Source: a virus (Duplodnaviria > Caudoviricetes). From it: a stretch of 39,675 bases of DNA. How positions within the stretch are numbered: the first letter of the stretch is position 1; each line of letters opens with the position of its first letter. The notes under the pieces were generated by a model. The model saw only the letters and a list, made by a program, of their open reading frames with translations, was not told where the DNA came from and did no database searches. The position numbers and the translations under genes are program-made. The stretch is from positions 1 through 39,675 of the IMG/VR virus record IMGVR_UViG_3300030376_003153; one strand, 5' to 3'. Positions 35,269-39,675 of this stretch are shown piece after piece.

Positions 35269-36948
35269 TTATACCTCCAATGGTGATGGTGAATTGTAAC
35301 CACTAAATTGATTCATCATGTCCATCATAGATGGATCACCAGTTTTTGAATCATTTAATTTAACTGCATTATCTACAGCACGTTGTTCTGCTTCTGCTTT
35401 TGCCATTGCTTGTTGTTGTGCTGCTCTGTCTTGACGTATTCTTGCTACTCGTTCACCTCCAATTATTAATTTAGGATCTACGCCTAACATATCAGCATAT
35501 CCATCTGCCCATGCATCAGAATCAAATTTATCTAATACATCAGGTTTCATTTGTGCAATCATACCCATGCTATTTACATACCTATCTACACTGTTTGTAC
35601 CTATAGCACGTTGTGCTTGTGCCAACATAGATACAAATTCTACGTTTAATTCCATGCCTTGCATCTCTTCTGGAGCAGGTGGTACTAATCCGGCTTCTAC
35701 CATTCTGTTAAACGTATTATCAATTAACGGATCTAATAGCTCATTATGCAATCTTTCCAATACAGGACCTAACATAAGCAGTTTTTCTTCGTGACGTTCT
35801 GCCACTTCTGTTGCGGTCATCCTTGTATCAGTAGCATTTGCCAACATAAGGAACAAATCAGCATAAAAACTACCGTTAATACGCTGCCTTACGTCTTGTA
35901 TATCTGCTAATAAATGATTTAAATTAAGGTTTACGTTGAATGCTGTCTCAATTTTGCCTTGTTGACCATCAATAAACGTAACGCCACCCGGTAAACTGTC
36001 CACATCTCTGTTTTTCATGTAGCTAGGTACTTGTAATGGTGGCTTTGTTTGGTAATCAATGCCTTGTGCCTTGCGTAATTGTTCATGTTGGAGCTGTTTT
36101 ACGTCACCTAATGCTTCCATTCCCGGTGAATTACCATAAATATCGCCACCAGATATGCCCCATCTAGGTATAACAGCCGGAAATTCTTTATATCCACTTT
36201 CTCGTAGCACATCTTCGCCATCACCACCTATTTCAAAGTAACAAGACTTGTATGCCATGTTCATATTGTCCTTCTTTTTAAAGTCACGCTCCCTATCATC
36301 TCTTGGCTCTATTGCATGAACTAAAGTAATCCACTGATCTAATGAACCCCTGTCGTACAAATTCTTAACGGACGTTGAACATTTCTTATATCCAAACTCT
36401 CTTACTACTTCTCCTACTGTTTTTTGAAATTCTCTGTACAAAGTGTTTACTCTGCCTTGATAATCAGTAGCTATTGCATATTCTCCAATAGTTACAGGGT
36501 AATGATGTATAGCTGTTTTAGGATCAGGAAGGACAATAGAACCTGCTGTGCCAAATGCTCCTAATTCTTCATAAATACTGTGTAATGTTCGGTATGTATT
36601 AGATTTTTGAAACACTAATTGCATACGTTCTGTTACGTCATTTAGCCATAACTTAACAGGTGCATATCTATTTAACTCTGGGTCAGCCGTTCCAAGTCTA
36701 AACCAAGGTCTTGCAGGGGATGTCGCACCTGCCATCATACCTGCACCTAATGTTCTTAACGCTCTTGTACCAGTATTGTCATATATCGAGTTATGTCGTC
36801 TATGTCCTTTGTTTCTATCTTGTTGAAAATAACGTCCATTTCTTGGTAACAAGTATGTTGTCACTTCTTGCCAATGTGACCACCATGTAGCTCTTTCAGA
36901 TCTAAGGTGACCCCATCTTGTTAACAGGTCAGCACGTTTTGTTTTCAT
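35269..36948 (-). CDS. Portal / head-tail connector (Bbp21/T7 gp8 family)
   Basis: TSPARPWF, YGNSPGM.ALGD and MTATEV.ER..EKL..LGPVLERL motifs. Confidence 0.95.
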   Translation of the reverse strand: MKTKRADLLTRWGHLRSERATWWSHWQEVTTYLLPRNGRYFQQDRNKGHRRHNSIYDNTGTRALRTLGAGMMAGATSPARPWFRLGTADPELNRYAPVKLWLNDVTERMQLVFQKSNTYRTLHSIYEELGAFGTAGSIVLPDPKTAIHHYPVTIGEYAIATDYQGRVNTLYREFQKTVGEVVREFGYKKCSTSVKNLYDRGSLDQWITLVHAIEPRDDRERDFKKKDNMNMAYKSCYFEIGGDGEDVLRESGYKEFPAVIPRWGISGGDIYGNSPGMEALGDVKQLQHEQLRKAQGIDYQTKPPLQVPSYMKNRDVDSLPGGVTFIDGQQGKIETAFNVNLNLNHLLADIQDVRQRINGSFYADLFLMLANATDTRMTATEVAERHEEKLLMLGPVLERLHNELLDPLIDNTFNRMVEAGLVPPAPEEMQGMELNVEFVSMLAQAQRAIGTNSVDRYVNSMGMIAQMKPDVLDKFDSDAWADGYADMLGVDPKLIIGGERVARIRQDRAAQQQAMAKAEAEQRAVDNAVKLNDSKTGDPSMMDMMNQFSGYNSPSPLEV

Positions 36949-36951
36949 TGA

Positions 36952-37275
36952 TTATCCACCAAGTAATGTGTTACCACCAAGATTTAACTGGCTAGAATCT
37001 ACGCCTTGTACACCAGTAAGTAATGTTCCGGCAGGTCCGGCCATTGCTGCCTGTTCTTCTTTCTTTGTAATAGCACTAACGTCAGCCCTTCTTCTATTAG
37101 CTTTATTAAATTCAATATCAGCACGGTCAGACGCTTCTTTTGCCCTGTCTCTAGCGTCTTGATTAGCTTGTCGTTGCAATGCTAACTGTTTCTTCTGTTG
37201 TTTTTTTTGTTGGTTACTTGCATATATCTGCGATCCAACAGTAGCTGCTCCTACAATAACGGCTGATACTACCAT
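36952..37275 (-). CDS. Small virion protein upstream of the portal
   Basis: Hydrophobic N-terminus; TLLTG..GV..LGG.TLLGG C-terminus typical of the pre-portal gene in these podoviruses. Confidence 0.75.
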   Translation of the reverse strand: MVVSAVIVGAATVGSQIYASNQQKKQQKKQLALQRQANQDARDRAKEASDRADIEFNKANRRRADVSAITKKEEQAAMAGPAGTLLTGVQGVDSSQLNLGGNTLLGG

Positions 37276-37278
37276 TGT

Positions 37279-37788
37279 TTAAATCTCCTTAGAATACATG
37301 ATTTCTTGTACACCATATTTTAGCTTTGGTAGCAACTTTGCTAAAGCGGTGTTTTCTTTAGCGTGCCATAACATCAGTTTACAGCCTTCAGATCTTGCAT
37401 GATCCTCTGTAACCCTTAACAATCGCAAACCTAATCGTCCACCTCTGAATTCTTTTTTGACAAACAAAACGTCATTCTGAGTAACTCTTAGATCAGCATA
37501 ATGAAAATGATGCATGATGATATTCATAGAATAACCAATACAGACATCGCCTTGCATTGCTAGATAAATAAACAAGAATCCGTTCTTGTCTACCGATTCA
37601 TACATCGGCCAGTTTGGTTTTAGCTTCATTACCTGTTTGTTGCGAGCAATCTCTTCGTAATGCTCTTCAAACAATGGTTCGGCTAATACCTTAAATTCAT
37701 CTAACGTGCAGAGTCTAATTTCTGTTTTAGGTACTCTACTTTCGTTTACACTAGCTGTACTATCAGCAGTTACGGTCACACTAGTCAT
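37279..37788 (-). CDS. GNAT-family acetyltransferase-like protein
   Basis: Acetyl-CoA motif LFVKKEFRGGRLGLRLL; HFHY..NDV; start uncertain. Confidence 0.8.
   Translation of the reverse strand: MTSVTVTADSTASVNESRVPKTEIRLCTLDEFKVLAEPLFEEHYEEIARNKQVMKLKPNWPMYESVDKNGFLFIYLAMQGDVCIGYSMNIIMHHFHYADLRVTQNDVLFVKKEFRGGRLGLRLLRVTEDHARSEGCKLMLWHAKENTALAKLLPKLKYGVQEIMYSKEI
37748..37781 (-). promoter_or_regulatory. Putative phage-specific late promoter (portal operon)
   Basis: GTGTGACCGTAA, 16 nt, TAGTGT. Confidence 0.65.
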
Positions 37789-37833
37789 AAGGGATATAAT
37801 GTATATATCTATTATTGAAAGTATTTTTAATTA

Positions 37834-39159
37834 ATGCAAGTAAGTCTGGACTATACCGCTCGTGAATGGCAAAGACAATGTCATATAAACAAAAAAAGGT
37901 TTAGTGTTTACGCATTACATAGACGTTCTGGTAAAACTGAACTCGCAATCATGGAACTAATAGACAAAGCCATGAAGACAGACAAAGAACTAGCTATGTT
38001 TGTGTACGTTGCTCCCTTTTTACGTCAGGCTAAAGCCATTGCATGGGCTAGATTAAAGCAAAAAATAGAACCGTTAAGACAACGATCAGCTATAGAAATA
38101 AATGAAGGTGAATTATCCATTAAGTTCAAACATAATGGGGCAATTATTAGGCTATTTGGTGGTGACAATCCTGATGCCATGCGTGGTCTACGTCTAGATG
38201 GGATAGTTATGGATGAGGTTGCACAGCTTAAAAACGAACTATGGACAGACATAGTACAACCTGCACTCTCTGACCGTCTTGGTTGGTCTATATTCATTGG
38301 TACACCTAGTGGTATTAACTTATTCTCTGAGTTGTATTACAAAGCAATGGATGAGGAGGATTGGACGGCAGCCAGATATACCGTATTTGATACTGATTCC
38401 CTACATCCTAATGAGGTGACTCGTCTTAAACGTGATATGAGTGAGACTTCCTTTGCTCGTGAGTACCTATGCGACTTCTCAGCACAAGGTGATGACCAGT
38501 TAATAGCTCTAGCAGATACCGAAGATGCAGCTAAACGTGTATATCAAGCAGATCATGTAAAGCTGTCACCTGTAATCCTAGGCATTGACCCTGCTCGCTT
38601 TGGGGATGACCGATCTGTGGTATTCCGGCGTCAAGGTAGGCAAGCATTCAAGCCAGTTGTATATCGAGGTATTGACAATATGGAACTAGCTACAAGAGTG
38701 GCTAACCTAATTGAGGAGCATAACCCTGATGCTGTCTTTTGTGACGCAGGGGCAGGGAGTGGAGTCATCGACAGACTACGGCAACTTAAATACGATGTTA
38801 TAGAAATTCCTTTTGGTGGTAAGGCAATGAAGCCCGATCAGTACATCAACCGTAGATCTGAGATGTGGTGGTTAATGAAGCAATGGGTAGAAGAAGGAGG
38901 AGCAATACCCAATGACATAGCCCTTAAACAAGAGTTAGCTACTCCCATTTATTGGTACGACAACGTGGGTAGACGTGTACTCGAATCTAAGGATCAGATC
39001 AAGAAGAGATTGCAGGGTGCAGGGTCACCTGATCTAGCTGATGCACTAGCCCTCACATTTGCCCTTCCAGTAGCCAAGAAACAACCCGAAGATATTTATA
39101 TCAAAAGACGTAAACAAGCCACACAAAAGACCGACTATGACCCTTACAAAGTCCTCTAA
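37834..39159 (+). CDS. terL: Terminase large subunit
   Basis: HRRSGKT Walker A, RGLRLDGIVMDE Walker B, FIGTP, nuclease GIDPARFGDD and SPDLADAL. Confidence 0.95.
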   Translation: MQVSLDYTAREWQRQCHINKKRFSVYALHRRSGKTELAIMELIDKAMKTDKELAMFVYVAPFLRQAKAIAWARLKQKIEPLRQRSAIEINEGELSIKFKHNGAIIRLFGGDNPDAMRGLRLDGIVMDEVAQLKNELWTDIVQPALSDRLGWSIFIGTPSGINLFSELYYKAMDEEDWTAARYTVFDTDSLHPNEVTRLKRDMSETSFAREYLCDFSAQGDDQLIALADTEDAAKRVYQADHVKLSPVILGIDPARFGDDRSVVFRRQGRQAFKPVVYRGIDNMELATRVANLIEEHNPDAVFCDAGAGSGVIDRLRQLKYDVIEIPFGGKAMKPDQYINRRSEMWWLMKQWVEEGGAIPNDIALKQELATPIYWYDNVGRRVLESKDQIKKRLQGAGSPDLADALALTFALPVAKKQPEDIYIKRRKQATQKTDYDPYKVL

Positions 39160-39675
39160 CTTTAAACGCATAGCCGAAGGGTTAGACGTAGAACCATTGC
39201 TCCAATTGTTGGATGCTAAGCCTGAGTTATGGAAGGAGATTGAAACAAGGCAGAAGTTCACTAATTCACCACATAAAGACACAGAAACTATCCATGTGAG
39301 AGGTGCATTGAAGATGTCCGCTTACTACCTTATGTGGGATATAGGAGCATATGACTATCCCTGCATGGAGTACTTGAAACCTGCCTTAGTTCCATTGATG
39401 CGTCCAATACTGGAGCAGCTACAAGTTAAAGAGATGGGAAGGGTAATGATTGTTAACCTCAAGCCCTGCGGTCATGTAACAAAACACAATGACCAAGGAA
39501 CATATGCCGATCACTACCAAAGGTTTCATCTTGTCCTTAAGTCAAATCAACATTGCTCTCAGACCTGCGGTAATGAGCTTCAGAGGTTCGAGGTGGGAGA
39601 TGTCTGGTGGTTTAACCATAAAGAACTACACACCGCCCACAATGTCGGAGATACTGACCGAATACATATAATCTT
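39137..39675 (+). CDS. Aspartyl/asparaginyl beta-hydroxylase-like 2OG-Fe(II) oxygenase, truncated by the window end
   Basis: Translated by hand: MTLTKSSNFKRIAEGLDV...GRVMIVNLKP.GHV..HNDQG...RFHLVL...VWWFNHKELHTAHN.GDTDRIHII; HxD..H triad and 2OG-binding Arg. Confidence 0.85.
   Translation, partial: MTLTKSSNFKRIAEGLDVEPLLQLLDAKPELWKEIETRQKFTNSPHKDTETIHVRGALKMSAYYLMWDIGAYDYPCMEYLKPALVPLMRPILEQLQVKEMGRVMIVNLKPCGHVTKHNDQGTYADHYQRFHLVLKSNQHCSQTCGNELQRFEVGDVWWFNHKELHTAHNVGDTDRIHII

Larger units (their letters stand above)
1..39675. mobile_element. Tailed dsDNA phage (podovirus-type virion module with lambdoid replication), near-complete genome or prophage
   Basis: Portal, capsid, tail tubular, ejection, tail fibre and TerL genes plus YqaJ/RecT/DnaC-like genes; no host housekeeping genes seen. 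Confidence 0.95.

Noticed and set aside
39489-39671. 60-aa ORF from the track
   Set aside because: It lies out of frame inside the hydroxylase gene starting at 39137

Overview
The window is a near-complete, AT-rich tailed-phage genome or prophage, most likely a marine podovirus of picocyanobacteria. The host is inferred from cyanophage-type small genes and tail-fibre motifs. The left arm (+ strand) carries three related sigma70 early promoters, small regulators, a YqaJ/RecT recombination pair and a lambdoid replication module (DUF1376 initiator with internal repeats, DnaC-like loader, RusA-like resolvase, SSB-like protein). No DNA polymerase or RNA polymerase gene is visible. The segment 7.4-11.3 kb switches strand repeatedly and encodes small membrane or exported proteins plus an NblA-like ORF. 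The segment 11.3-37.8 kb (- strand) is a BPP-1/T7-like virion module: portal, scaffold, capsid, tail tubes, three ejection proteins (one a 2869-aa polyvalent protein) and two S74-chaperone tail fibres. The right end has a divergent terminase large subunit and a truncated 2OG-Fe(II) hydroxylase. No integrase, endolysin, small terminase, tRNA, CRISPR array or reverse transcriptase was recognised. Best leads: (i) an exact 12-mer GTGTGACCGTAA lying 16 nt before a TAnnnT box at four late-operon starts; (ii) an exported-protein module containing a TolC-half-repeat-like protein; (iii) the multi-effector ejection protein; (iv) small head-region proteins sharing the scaffold C-terminal LY motif; (v) structured early leaders with shared motifs. 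All family assignments come from motif recognition by eye, not from database searches.
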